DNA of 64,000 nucleotides from Narcine bancroftii (lineage: Eukaryota). Below the pieces are notes generated by a model, which was not told the origin of the DNA, made no database searches, and saw only the letters and a program-made list of their open reading frames with translations. The stretch's first letter is position 1. The number at the start of each line of letters is the position of its first letter. This document shows, in pieces, positions 11,691-25,110 of the stretch. The stretch is taken from positions 29,636,001-29,700,000 of the forward strand of contig NC_091480.1 of NCBI RefSeq assembly GCF_036971445.1, in the 5' to 3' direction. A program made the translations under genes and the position numbers.

Positions 11691-14600
11691 ACATGGCTCA
11701 AAACAACGTGGTCGATGAGCCGATACAGTGGGGCCACCTGAACTCTCTGCTGGGTAAGGTCCCTTTCACCGTAACACAAGGAGCTACCATTCTGGCTATA
11801 GCCTGGGAACATCTGACTGCTTACTATGTAGCGCCACGGAATGTGGTGCTTGCTCGACATCATTTGCTGACTAGACGCCGGGAACCCAGGGAAAATGATG
11901 CTGCCTATGCACTGGCTCTCGACTCACTGCCAAATGAATGTGATGTCGGGGCAGTCAATGTGCAACAACACCGCAATGCCTTGAAGCTGGATGCTTTAGT
12001 CAACAGGATTGACTCCAGTTACATCCGACAGACGCTGCTAGAGACGGAGCCATTAACCTACGACCGGGCAGTCACTCTAGCCAAAACACTAAGAAGTGCC
12101 ATGTGGTCCAGTGAAATGCTAGAAAAGGAAACATCCAGGACTGCTGGAACCCCGATGGAAAGAAAAATGCTACTTCTGTGATAATAGCTGGCACTCCAGA
12201 CAAGTGCCCGGCTCGATTTGCTACCTGCAGCTATTGTGGGAAACTCGGCCATTTCGCTAAAGCATGTAAGGCAAAAAGTGCTCCCACTGATAAGAAGAGA
12301 AGAACCAAGAAAATGCGTCCTGGAGCTGCAGGAATGGAAGACAACTGTGAAAAGGGGGAATTTTCAGACGAGCCAACTGAATTGAGGAGAGGTGATAGCT
12401 CAATTGACTCCAAAGCTTGGGGGATGTTATGGACTGGAACGGTCAACTATGAAGGGGGAGGTGAATGGTGAGAATCTTGATTGTCTAATAGACTCGGGGA
12501 GTGCTGACAGCTACATCCACGAGAGAGTTGCCAGAGCCTTAAATTTGCAGAGATATCCAGCGAACCGAAAGATATCGATGGCTTGTAGTGAACTTACAAA
12601 AACTGTACGGGACAAGTGTAAAGTTTCTTTAAATTTGCTGGAATATTGCCTGGCTGAAGTGTGGCTCTTTATTATGCCAGAGCTCTGCACCCCTGTGGTA
12701 CTGGGGTTAGATATTCAATCTCAGATGAAAAGTGTAGTGTTAAATTTTGGTAGGCCACTACCTACACTTACCATCCCCTGTGCTAGTTACTGCGGTCTGT
12801 CCACATTAAAGATCAAAGCTCCCTCCTTTTTCAATTATTTATTCCCCCGAGTATCGGCCGATTGCCTCTAAGAGCCGTTCTTACAGCAAAGAGGATCAGA
12901 GTTTATCAAAGCTGAGACCCAGAGATTGCTTAAAGAGGGAGTAATTGAACCCAGTAAGTGTCTGTGGTGAGCCCAGGTGGTAGTTGTGAAAAATCACACT
13001 AAGAAACTATTGGCTATTGACTACAGCCAGACAATCAACTGTTACACTAACCTGCATGCCTACCCCCTGCCACGGATCAATTAAATAGTTAATCAGATAG
13101 CGCAATCCAAAGTGTACTCCACTATCGACCTCAAAGCAGCTTACCACCAAATCCCCATTAAAACAAAAGGAACGACCCTATACAGCCTTTGAGGCTGATG
13201 GGGGTTATACCAGTTTAAAAGGGTACCTTTTGGAGTCACTAATGGTGTGTCAGTGTTTCAGAGGGAAATGGATAAGATTATTAGGATGGATGAGTTACAG
13301 GGTACGTTTCCCTATCTGGATAATGTCACTATCTGTGGGAAAACACAGGCTGAGCACGACAACAACTTGAAGAAATTTTTAGCAACAGCTAAAGAACTCA
13401 ACCTTACATTTAACGAAGGCAAATGTGTGTTCAATGCAACAGAGCTACCCATTCTGGGCTACATTGTCCGCAAGGGCAAAATCCGCCCCGACCCAGAAAA
13501 AATCCCCCCCCCTTAAGAAGTTACCACCCCCAAAATCAGCAAAAGCCCTTAAAAGGTGTATGGGATTCTTTTCCTAATACTGCAAATGGGTTCAGGACTA
13601 CGCCACGAAGTCACGCCCTCTGTTTGACACTAAATCTTTTCCTCTCTCTCCAATGGCCTTGAAGGCTTGAGAAAATTAAAGCTGATATTGCCAAAGCTGC
13701 ACTCTCGTCCATTGACGAGGGTGTCCCATTCCAAGTGGAAACTGATGCCTCAGATTGTGCCTTGACAGGAACCCTTAATCAAAAGGGCAGACCTGTGGCA
13801 TTCTTCTCCCGCACACTACGCAGACCTGAACTTAAACATCCTGCCATTGAAAAAGAAGCCCAGGCTATTATTGAAGCTCTTCACTACTGGAGACATTTTC
13901 TAGCCGGCAGAAAATTTACTCTTGTCACTTATCAGAAATCTGTAGCCTACATGTTCAGTACTAAACACAAAAGTAAAATCAAGAACGATAAGATGGCATG
14001 CTGGCGAATAGAACTCTCAACTTATAATTATGAGATCCAGTACAGACCGGGCAGGTTAAATGATCCCTCTGACGTATTGTCACGATCTGCTGCTGGTGCT
14101 CAGCTGGAGAGGCTAAAAGAGATCCATAGCAGACTGTGCCACCCAGAAGTCACGAGATTCTTCCACTACATAAGGGCTAACAACCTTAGAAGTCGGGAAA
14201 CTGACTAAAAGCTGTCCTGTTTGCACAGAATGCAAACCGCAATACTTCAAAGCTCCAGAGGCCACTCTCATCAAGGCAACCCGACCTTAGCTTAGATTTT
14301 AAAGGTCCGTTACCTTCCAACAACAAAAATGTACATTTCCTTACTGTAATTGACGAATATTCCAGGTTTCCCGTTGCGATACCCTGCTCTGACGTTTCGT
14401 CAGCATCTGTCATTAAATCACTTGACAGAATTTTCAGCATTTTTGTTTTTCCCAATTACATTCATACCAATAGAGGCTCAGCATTCATGAGCGCTGAACT
14501 GTGGCGAGCCATGCTACAAAAAGGAATTGCCACCAGCTGTACCACAAGCTACAACCCGCAGGGCAATGGGCACCTTGAAAGGGCTAATGCTACAGTCTGG

Positions 14601-14995
14601 AAAACTGTTAATCTTGCTTTAAAAACATATGATTACCCTGTAACCCGGTGGCAGGAGGTGCTGCCTGAGGCACTACATTCTATTCGGTCTTTATTGTGTA
14701 CTGCAACAAATCAAACACCTCATGAACGTATGTTTGCCTTTCCTAGGAAATCAGGAACTGTGATGGACTGGCCAGCCTGTTTATCTGAGCCTGGAACCGT
14801 GCTGCTGAAGAGCCACACTCGGGCACGTAAAACAGACCCCGTAGTCCAACCAGTTCATCTACTGCATACTAACCCCAACTACGCTCATGTTAAATTCACA
14901 GACGGGAATACTGACACTGTACCCCTAAGAGATCTAGACTTGCCTGGTTCGCCCCTTCCTCGCACCCCTACTCAGAGTGAGCCTGAGAAGTTGGA
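11691..14995 (+). pseudogene. Decayed Gypsy gag-pol (Zn knuckle, protease, RT, RNase H, integrase) without its own LTRs
   Basis: CSYCGKLGHFAKAC; LIDSGSADSYI; FPYLDNVTICG; ETDASD...RPVAFFSR...IEKEAQA; integrase core; multiple stops and frameshifts. Confidence 0.9.
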
Positions 14996-15192
14996 GGGTG
15001 TCAATCACCCTCCGGGATACAAGTCTGCGCCGGCCTCCTGAAGCTCACTCAGAGTTATTGCAGCTACAGCTGGCCTGGCTCTGTGGAAGTCTTTGTGGAT
15101 TAAAGCCTGTTGTACAGTCTTTACCTTGTGTGTGTCTGATTCTGGCTAACAGCGCACCACAATTTAATCCACAAAATTTTCCCACGGCTGCC

Positions 15193-16980
15193 ATGGAAAA
15201 ACTCCTGAGCACAGGGAGCCTCGAAGTCGACCCACGCCACTCGGAAGCCCAGACACGCTTCGAGATCTAGCAGCACGCGGTCGAGGCAATCATCGAGGCA
15301 CACAAAGGCAGCATCCTGAACTCAGATCGGAAGAGGTTGGTCCTACTCCGGTCAAAGCTGGGTCCCCACGACTTCCAGGCAACCAAAGGCTGCTCTGCAT
15401 ACAAGAGCGCAATGGACACTCTCGAGAACTTGAACAAGCCCCACACGAATGCGGTCTGTGCAAGGTACCTCCTCACCACCCGAGCCCAGCAATCAAGGGA
15501 GACAGGCTGAGTCTTACCTGGGACACCTGTGAGAGTTGGCCCGACCATGTCTGGCTGAACCTGGGGTAGGTGCAGAGGAGGTCGAGAGGCTGATCCGAGA
15601 CGCATTCGTCCGAGTGCTACACTCGAGGCCCGTCCAGCAGAAGCTGCTGGAAGACAATATCTACGCCCTAACCAAGACAGTGGAAGTGATCCAAACCCTG
15701 GAAGCCTTCGATTCCAGGATCCCCCAGGCTCCCTCGTGGCCCTCTCACACTGCAGCTGCAGCCCCAGACCGAGCTGGGGAGTAAAGCGTCGCTGCAGTAG
15801 GTGCCCAGCCCCCCTGTAAGTACTGTGGGTCCTGGTATGGGTCAGACCGACGATTGCGCCACAACTGCCCAGCTCGGAACCAGTATTGTTCCCAATGCGG
15901 CAAGAAAGGACACTTCACTAAAGTGTGCCTCTCAAAACCAGCCTCTCCACCTGCCCTGCGGACCCCTCCATGTGTGCGTGCCGGGTGGCACGATTGTCCC
16001 TGCTACGACTTCCCGACCGCGACGGTGCAACATCAGACCCAGCGACTGTCGCAGCATGTGCCCTGAGCACCTGGACCAGCTCTCGCCCTCGCCAGCGCAG
16101 CTCGTTGAAAACTACAGCGACGTCACGTTCGGCTCACGGCGTGACGCCACTACTGCTGGCCGCGATTATGTCACTTCCCCGGCACAATGAACACGGCTGG
16201 GGAAGGAGGCCAGCCACGCAGCAGGCCCCCACATGCCACTGCCATCTTGGGCCAAGCAGCGGCCGACACGGAGGGCCCCCCGATGACATTGAGAACAGCA
16301 TGGTCAACACGGGCGGTGACCAGGCCACCCTACCGACGTTCCCCATGCCTTCGGGTGCCAACGGCTGCCACACTCTGCACCCCACGACTAACGTGAACGT
16401 GGTCAACACGGGTGATGACCAGGCTGCCCTACCGACGCTCCCCATGCCTCCGGATGCCATAAATCACTATACACAACCAGAGAGCAACGACTCCGACTCT
16501 GAGACAGTCCTGGCCACTACCACGCTGACCAGGGACATCCCTCACGACCTCGGGCACTCTATGATGGATGTGCAAGTCAATGGACAGGAAGTCGGCGACC
16601 GGACTGTCCCTCCCAGCATTGCTCACGTCCCTGGAACCGGTGCTCCTGCGTAAGCATGTATGGACACTCAAGGCCGAAGCCCTGGTCGAGCAGGTTTGCC
16701 TCCTACATGCAAACCACAACTAAGCCTACGTTAGGTTCAGCAGTGGCAGGGAGGACACCATCTCAACCAGGGACCTGGCACCAGCAGGAGCACCCACCAC
16801 ACCACGCCATTCTCCAGCCCAGGACGACACTGACCGGGCAATCATCCCCCTTCCCAGGCAGCTATGGGGCACGCAGGACCTCTTTGACCACCAGGGGCCC
16901 GCTTCAGCCTCCCCCCACCACCCATCCAATATGGTCACAGAAACCCCGGCAGCCGCCGGACCGTCTCAACCTGTAAATAT
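15193..16980 (+). pseudogene. Internally deleted Gypsy internal region (gag + start of protease joined to integrase C-terminus)
   Basis: MEKLLSTGSLEVDP gag start; CSQCGKKGHFTKVC; MMDVQVNGQEV joins at ~16595 to PVLLRKHV...TISTRDLAP. Confidence 0.8.
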
Positions 16981-17951
16981 TGTATGTGTATAGGGGGTAT
17001 GAATCCTTGTTACTGCACCCCCCCCCCGGACAATTTGAAGGAAGGGAGTGAATGTGGTGGTACACCACTGGCCTACTGTAGGGGCAACACCTGTACCTGC
17101 AGGAGTGTACTGCCAGCCTACTGCAGAGGGCAACCTCTATGCCTGCAGGATTGTAAGGAGAAAGGACAACACCTGGCCAGCTGTCAATCAGTCGGCCTGA
17201 AGGGATCAAGCCCCACCGGGTCGGGTGTCAATCACCCTCGAGGATTATAAGCCTGCGCCGGCCTCCCGAAGCTCACTTAGAGTTACTGCAGCTACAGCCA
17301 GCCTGGTTCTGTGGAAGTCTTTGTGGATTAAAGCCTGTTGTACAGTCTTTACCTTGTGTGTGTCTAATTCTGGCTAACAGCACCCCACAGTTTTACATTA
17401 TTGTAGTTGGTGTACATATCTGGGTGACTGCAGCAATAAGGATTTTGGTGCATCTGTACATTTGCAGTCCAGCCTTCTCCAAAGAAAACCGATCCAGCCT
17501 ATCCAACCTACCTTTCTAATTGTAGTAACCCATTCCAAGCACCATTCTCCATAAAGTCCTCCGCAGCCTTCCTATAATATAAAAAACAGAATTTAATGCC
17601 ATAACCCAATAGAGGTCAAGACCAATATTTTACAAAGGTTCAGCATGGGTTCTCATGCGCTTCATGTTGTTAACATAGAACAATAAAGCCCAGTGCAGGC
17701 CCTTCGGCCCTTGATGTTGTGCCAGCCCATATCTTCCTAATAAAAAATACTAAATCCTCCCTACTCCATAACTCTAGTTTTCTTTCACCCATGTGTCTGT
17801 CTAAGAGTCTCTTAAATGGCCCCAATGCCCGCATTTAAAACCAGGAATATTATATGCCTTATCAAACACCTTCTAACCTGCCCTGTCTCTTTCAATTATT
17901 TTCATCCCTGTGCTCTTTCACCCTTTTTGAGCAATAATCTTTAATCTATAT

Positions 17952-18076
17952 CAGTGGTTTTCAAACTTTTTTCTTTCCACTCACATACCATCTTAAGTAA
18001 TCCCTATTCCATAGGTGCTCTGTGATTAGAAAGGGATTACTTGTGAGTGGAAGGAAAAAAAAATTAAAAACCACTG
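17952..18076. mobile_element. Single-unit Charlie-type MITE (subunit of the 3864-4215 family)
   Basis: CAGTGGTTTTCAAACT...AAAAACCACTG; 8-bp TSD atctatat/ctctatat. Confidence 0.8.
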
Positions 18077-18245
18077 CTCTATATTGTCTCCCTTCATCCT
18101 TCCCACCACAATACATCACACTAACCTTCTTCTGACATGGAGCTACATGTGTTACTATCTACTATCCATAGCCACACTCCTGATGCAGGCGGTGCGGTCA
18201 CTGCCCTACATCTCCAGTCAGACAGGTTCAAACCTGATCTCCAGT

Positions 18246-18603
18246 AGAGGGCATATTGAAATGCATAATTGTATACCTTTAGAAAAAATTACATATAGCT
18301 TAAGAAATTGAATTGAAAACTTTTATAAAATTTGGAAACCATATATGGATTTTATGAATAAAATTCCATCCATTTTTTCCATCCTACCCAGCCCTCTCAA
18401 TTAGAAACTATAGAAAATAATCAATGAATATTATATATGTTAATAATATTAGATATGTCGATGTAGGTGGTCTTTTTCTTCTTTCTTTCTTTTGGGAGAA
18501 AAATTTTAAAAATTTGTATCATTTTGTATGACTTCCAATAATTATTGTATTATTGAATCATTTTTTAAATTGATGCAAATGATAAATAAAATTTTCCAAA
18601 AAA
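18246..18603 (+). mobile_element. L1-clade 3' fragment inserted into a V-SINE
   Basis: CIPLEKITY...KIWKPY C-terminus, A-tail, 16-bp TSD aaacctgatctccagt (18230-18245 / 18604-18619). Confidence 0.8.
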
Positions 18604-19247
18604 AAACCTGATCTCCAGTGTTTGCACGTTCTCCCTGCAGCCACCAACTCTGGGGGCTCTGGTTTTCTCCCATGTCCCAAAGATGTGTAGCTTGGTGGGT
18701 TAATTGGCCCCTGTGAATTGTCTCCAGTGGTAGGACAGTGATGCAAAAGTGAGGAAAATAAAATGCTTGGGTTTGTGTAAAAATGTATCATTCATGGTCA
18801 GCTCAGTCTCGGGTCCCATTTCTATGCAGTGTCTCGCTCGGAATCTTTGCAATACTCTCATGGTTTGTGTCAGGTTTATAAGATTATGAGGGGCATTTAT
18901 AAGGTGAACATTCAGAATCTTTTTCCCTAGGGTAAAAGCATCACACATTTGAGGTCTTGCATTTAAGGTGAGGGGCATTTAAGGTGAGGGGGAGGATGTT
19001 TAAGGAAGATGGTGGGCAACCTGGAATAACCTGCAAAGAGCAATGGTGGATGCAGATACAATAATTGCTTTTAAGAGGCTTCTAGGTAAACCCACGAATG
19101 AAAAGGGGAGGGATACTTCACAAGCACAAGTTGCAGAACTTTAGTTTGATTTGGACATCATGTTCAGGGGTGAAGGGCCTGTTCCTGTGTGTGTACATTT
19201 AGAAACTGTAGCTTGCGCCAAGTCAGACAAAAGCAATGACCCTGCCA

Positions 19248-19352
19248 TTGGGGTGCAGGGCTGCCAGAGCTCACCAGAGTGCCGCTCCGGACACTTCTTT
19301 GAGGCCATTTATGTGAGCTCCAGAACCGGAAAAAATTAGCACTGCACCCCTG
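19248..19352. mobile_element. Second copy of the ~105-bp CAGGGG MITE
   Basis: Reverse complement resembles 2129-2237. Confidence 0.65.
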
Positions 19353-20249
19353 TCCGCCACTGTTCTGCAAAGAACACTGCTGCTCACCTTTCTGTCCCAA
19401 CACGTGTTCCAAGTGTTTTGGTGGATATCCTAAATCTCCATGTATTAGATAAACTCACATAACAGTTAAACAAATCATCTAAAAATTCTTCCCATTAAAT
19501 GGCTTGTTATTTTACACAGCCCAATCAAATTTGAATATTATCCTGGCTCTTTCCTTCCAGTAACAAGCCATTTTCTCCTCCACTCCTTTGCAAGTTTATA
19601 AACCATATAAAGATTTAACTGTTTCTTGGAGCATTAACACCAGACTATCTTATGTGGTCATTTTAGTACAAGGTTCTAAGTCTCCTTATGCTATGCTGCT
19701 CGTGTCAACCCACTCACACAACACTACTCAAAATTAGTTTCCACAAAATTTCTAACCGCAAGTCTCTAAATTACGAAAAACATCGTTCACCGTGACAAAA
19801 CTAGTTTTAAAACGGAGAGCATTGTTTAAATGAGCATTTATATTCAGTCCACTGTGCATACCCGTAGATTACTGTACACGCTCATCACCAACCCTAACTT
19901 GCTTCAGCAAACATTTTCCGGCAACCAACACCCTCTCGACCTAACGTTCCTCTTCTGGTGTGGGATACTAAAACTGGGAGACTGCCAATCGATTTGTGCA
20001 CCTGTGGTATTAAGAGGCAACTGATAATCTCTCATCTTTGTGTCTGAGAATGGAGCTGCCATGGGAAATTAAATCAGCAAGACCTTCTGCTCCTGAAGCA
20101 GGGTGGCATTACGTCTGGAACCCCTACACTGTATTCCTAATAGCACTCAGAAATGTTACTCTTTGGAGAGTTCATTAAACCTTGTAAGGGAGTATGCAAG
20201 AGCATTTCAGCACTCAGAAAATGCTGTGGACCAATTTTTTTTTTAAACA

Positions 20250-20480
20250 TACAACATGGTGGAAGCTAATTCTGGCCTTTGAAACCTGTTCTGCCCCCCC
20301 CCCCCCCATTAAACTAATAAACCCACCAACGCCAACATTTTAGAAGAGTGAGAGGAAACCAGAGCACCCAGAAAATCCCACACAGGCCACGGGGAGAACC
20401 AAATTCCTTTTAGACCACAGTGGATTCGAACCCTGGTTGTTGGCGCTGCACTAGTGTTGCACTAACCACTACACTAACAG
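20250..20480 (-). mobile_element. tRNA-derived V-SINE/HE1-like SINE
   Basis: Minus-strand A/B boxes (gtggttagtgc...ggttcgaatcc) and V-domain-like core. Confidence 0.65.
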
Positions 20481-21601
20481 TCGATTAACAAGATTATGAA
20501 GTAGAACTTTGGCACTTGCCCTATTGGTTCAGGAGCAATGTTCCCTCGAATTTTAATTGTCAGTGTGTGGAACAGTCTTAGGTTGTACCCATTTTTTTTC
20601 CCGCGACCAAAGTTTGTGCGCACTGAAAGCTTGAAATTGTTTTAATATAATTTTGGCGCAGCCTATCTCTCATGGCCTCATAAAACTGTTCCAATACAAG
20701 TATGATTGCATTCTACAAAGTTACATTAAGATTTTATTCTATACTTTGAGCTGGTTTGCACGTACATGAACTGCCTTTGTGCACTGGTGAGGAACCCTGT
20801 GGGCGTGCGCACAGAAAGGGAGCCAGCCACCCAACTGAACCTTGGGGAACAGCGTGAGCAACACTGTAATGAATTCTGCTGGAGTAAATGTTAAAAATAT
20901 TAATATTTGATGAAAAGAGGATGACTCGTCTGAGAAATGTGCTTGGAAAGGTGTTTGTTTTATTATTTCACTATGAAGCTAGCTCTGATTCTTAAAGATA
21001 TAGCTAGTTAATTAGAAGATATAATTAGTAAAAGCATTTTTTTTAAATCAGTTGATCGAGGAGACTGGAATTTCCCAAGCCCACATTGTAATTATATATT
21101 TTATACTTAAATATGTGAGTGGAATATTTCATGATGTCACTTTATTAGTACCATGTCACCTTGCTGAAAGGTCTTTTATATTTGCAGTGGTGGTTTTCTG
21201 AGTGAGTTTTATTGCTCTATTTATATCACTTGCAATGCGAAGGCTCAAGCAAAGTCTCACTGCACCACCTGTCACTTTCAGTACAGAATGAACTTAACAC
21301 ATTGTTTGAGATCACAGCAAAACCACATTGACTGATCTCAACAAGCCACCTGACTACAACTTCACTGCAGCTAGGTTACTGTACTGAGCTATGCCAGCAC
21401 TGCAGCTAGTGACAATCTGTGTGACTCTGTTCTCAGTCTAGCCCACCTGGCTTCAGCCATCTTTTTTCCATTGCTGTGTGGCTCTGTTCCCCACTCCATG
21501 GTTCATTCTTTCTGCTCATTCCAGCCTCTGCTCCTCTCTGCCTGTTCAGTCCTCACTGCCCACCTATCTTCGTGCACAATCATGGTGAACAGAAGAAGTA
21601 G

Positions 21602-22626
21602 TGTGACAGATTATAGATATGTTTTGGAGAGATAAATTAGGGCAGGTTTTTTTTTAGTGTAGGTTGCATACAAATACTTTAAAACAGATCTTATTTAAAA
21701 TACTGGTGCTCTGCTCATGCTAGACAGGCCGGCTCTAAGAGCCTTTGCAAAAGCTTTGGACAGTCCCCAAGAGACTTCACTAATGGATTGTTGTTTACAA
21801 AAAGGCAACAGATGAAAAAACTCATCGGAGCCACAGGCTGTCTGGAGTGGAACTTGCTGTTCTAAGAGGGTCATGTGGTTTTGCAAGCAGAGAGAGTAAA
21901 TCAGGCTTTTCTCTGAGTGAGAGAGAGAGAGAGAGAAAGGATTCAATTCTGCAATTTTACAGTCAGCAGCAGCTGTAAGTGGAACAGGACAAGCTGGAAA
22001 GCTTGTGGACATACCCCATTTGGAAGACAGATTGTGAGTTCTTAATTCAGCCTGGTCATAGCCCTTGTGGTTCATGCAAGAGGAGAAGATTGGCTGTCTA
22101 ATGTTTCACTTGAAATAAGGGAAACAAAAAGGAACTCTGTGGTGACCCGAAAGAAAGAGGTTATCATCTGGAGAATCTGATGGGGCAAGTTTTTTCGGCA
22201 AGACACTGATGTGACTGGTTACAGAGAATCAGTTGTGGGTATCGAGTGAACAACAAATCTCTCTCTGAAAACTGACAAGAACCTTCCTGAGCGGTAACCA
22301 TTTACCTTTCAAGCACAAAAGCCAGGTGAACTTCATAAATATTAAATTCTGTGCACACTAGAAGAATTGCCTGCAACCAGTAAACTTGGAGGAATGAGAA
22401 GTGAGATTGGACTGTGAATCTAAGAACTTTTCTGAACTTACATACACATTACATACATGTGTGCATAGAATTAAAAGGGGGGTAAGTTAGGTTAGTTAAG
22501 TTAATAGTAATGTTCAAGTGTGATTCTATTTTCATGTTTAAAGATAAAAGGAACTTTTGTTTAAGTAACCACGTCTTGGTGAATATCTACTGCTTCTGGG
22601 CTTTGGGATCCTATGGGCTCATAATG
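21602..22626 (+). mobile_element. Solo LTR (~1 kb); same family at 46870-47188 and 58839-59560
   Basis: TGTGAC start and ...gggctcataa end; near-matching 4-bp flanks gtag/atag; shared sequence with the other copies. Confidence 0.7.
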
Positions 22627-22809
22627 ATAGCACCTGACTTTTCTTTATCTTCAGGAACTCAATTAATTCCATTAATTCAAGCAGTGACCCATGGACCCTT
22701 TGTCGCTATGGTTTTCTTCCTCTGGTCCTTCCTTTTTCCTAGCTCACTGGACCAAATATCTTCTTGTCCCCCAAGCCCAGCCACGTTTTTATCTAAACTT
22801 CCCTCAAGA

Positions 22810-23312
22810 AGTAAAACATGAAAGTCTGCAGACACCATGATTGAAGTAAAAACGCAATGATGGAGAAACTCAGCAGGTCAAACAGTGCATTTTATAGAGC
22901 AAAGATAAAGATACAGAACTAATGTTTTGGGCTTGAGCCATTCATCAAGATATGAGCAAAATATAACCAAGCACCTAAATAAAATTGTGGTGGGGAGAGG
23001 AGCAGGGGAAGGAGCACAGTCCAAAAGGCAGGAGATAATAGGTGGATAAGGGAGGGAGGGTACACCAGAAAACAGGGTACGGGGGTGAATGGAGAGGGAA
23101 AGGGGGGTAGAGAGCTGGAGGAAGGAAGACAAAGGGGATGGGAAGGGAGGGAGAATGGAGAGTAGGCCACCAGAAACTGGAGAAGTTGATATTAATGGAG
23201 AGTGCCCAGATGAAAAATTAAGTGTTTCTCCTCTAATTTATGCATGGTCTTGATTGGACAGATGTATCAGCATAGGACTGGGGTGAGGAATTGAAATAGT
23301 TGGCCACTAGGA
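22810..23312 (-). mobile_element. Penelope-like 3' fragment with hammerhead-like motif
   Basis: Minus-strand VANYFNSSP...KLEEKHL endonuclease tail; motif at ~22921-22949. Confidence 0.7.
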
Positions 23313-24559
23313 GAACCCAAAAATTTTCCCTCATGCCTTTTGTGGACTCAATGTGTTGAATGAACTCACCAACTGCTCCCATGACCCCATTCTCTGCCCA
23401 TCCAACTTCTCCTCCTACCTTAACTGTTTTCATTAATGTCTGTCAATTCTCAAGCACCCAGCTATTTTCAGAAATAATAATCTTAACTCCCTTTCATCAA
23501 TTACTTTTGCTAGGCACTTGATGCCATCATCTGTCAAGTGGCTGAAACTGAACCAGACTGTTTGCAACTTTAGTGGCACCTCTGACCTCAGGTATAGTTT
23601 CCAACCTCATATTTGCCTCATTGTCGAATCCACCTATTTCCATCTTCTGAATTACCCACTTCCAGCCCTGCCTCATCTCTTCTGATGGCGAATCCCTTCT
23701 CAGCTCAGCTTCTATCCCAGGTCTTAGTCTCTATAAATAGGGTCATCTAAAACTGATTCTTGTGTCCTAACAGGTACCTTTTCGGTGAGCTTGCTGATCT
23801 ACAGTGGTGTCCAGTTCAGCCAGAATAAAATTTTAAAATACTTTGGCATTGAATCTTCTCCATGTCTCACCTTTCCCTTGCTCTATAGCCTCTTCCTGGC
23901 CAAACCAGACCAAGATATCAGTACCCTTAATCTGGCTTCCTGAACATCCCTGAATTTAAGAGTTCCACCACTGGAGAGTGAGTTAGGAACTGTTAAGGCC
24001 CAAAATACTAGAGCCAAAACCCCACTCCCCTCTCAAGAACTTCTTTGAAGCCTACACCTTTGACCAAGATCCAGCATGGGACTTTAACCGGAATTAAATT
24101 CATTTCTCTCTCCAGATGCTACATTCCCTGCTGTTTCCAGCATTCTGTTTTAATTTCAAATTTCTTACATTTTCAAGCTTTGACCAAGCCTTTGGTTATC
24201 TGCTCTAATATCTCCTTGTGTAGTTCAGCAAGATTCTCCTGATTTGCTGCTGTTTAGTGCATCTTCATTAATTGCCTCCTCTTTCTTTATCTCCAAGGTC
24301 TATTACTCTTAACATTCTCCAATCATAGATCTTTTCCCAGGATCTCAAAACTGTGATTCCTACATCCTTTTACAATCAGAGATAAAACAGCAGTGATTCA
24401 ACAGCAAATGAAGTAATAGTGATTTCATAATGAGAGGAGCAGGAAGGATGTGATTTAAATGCAGATTAAACAATGTGAAAAGATTTAGCAACTACAGATA
24501 GAAATGTAGACAATGGAATAGTGCAACATTAAGTGATGTAAAAGGAGTCTGAGTACTGC

Positions 24560-25110
24560 AAGAGTGAGCAAGTGTTGCCTCAGCAAATAATGTCACAATA
24601 AAAGATGTTACAAGTAATGTTGCAATAAATTATGTCATGACAAGAGATGCTAGTGAAAGATATCACAGTAAATGTTGTCATGACAAGAGATGTTACAGCG
24701 AATGATGTCACAGTAAATGTCATGACAAGAGATGTTGCAGTGAGTGATGTCACAGTAAATGATGTCACAAAAAAGAGTTGAAGTGAGTGATGTCACAGTA
24801 AGTGATGTCACAACAAGAGTTGTTGCAGTGAGTGATGTCACAGTAAATGATGTCATGATGAGATGTTGCAAGGAGAGATGTCACAGTAAAATAGGTCATG
24901 ACAAGAGTTGTTGCAGTGAGTGATATCACAGTAAATGATGTCACAAGAAGAGATGTGGCAGTGAGTGATGTCAGAGTAAATGATGTCACAACAAGCTTTG
25001 TCGGCATAAGTGATGCAAGGAATGAATGAATGATGAGATATATCAGCAACAGTAAGGAGTAATGTCAGACCATGCAATTAAAGGTTGATGTAAGAGTGAT
25101 GTAATAGCAA
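24560..25110. repeat. 15-bp-based minisatellite (tgatgtcacagtaaa / tgttgcagtgag)
   Basis: Many degenerate tandem units; source of the repetitive ORFs at 24580-25077. Confidence 0.85.

Larger units (their letters stand above)
11620..17389 (+). mobile_element. Composite Gypsy LTR retrotransposon unit (antisense, inside an IL21R-like intron)
   Basis: TG...CA ends; exact 5-bp TSD GTTTT (11615-11619 / 17390-17394); 3' LTR 17053-17389; PPT just before 17053; split 5' LTR 11620-11690 + 14996-15161. Confidence 0.9.
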
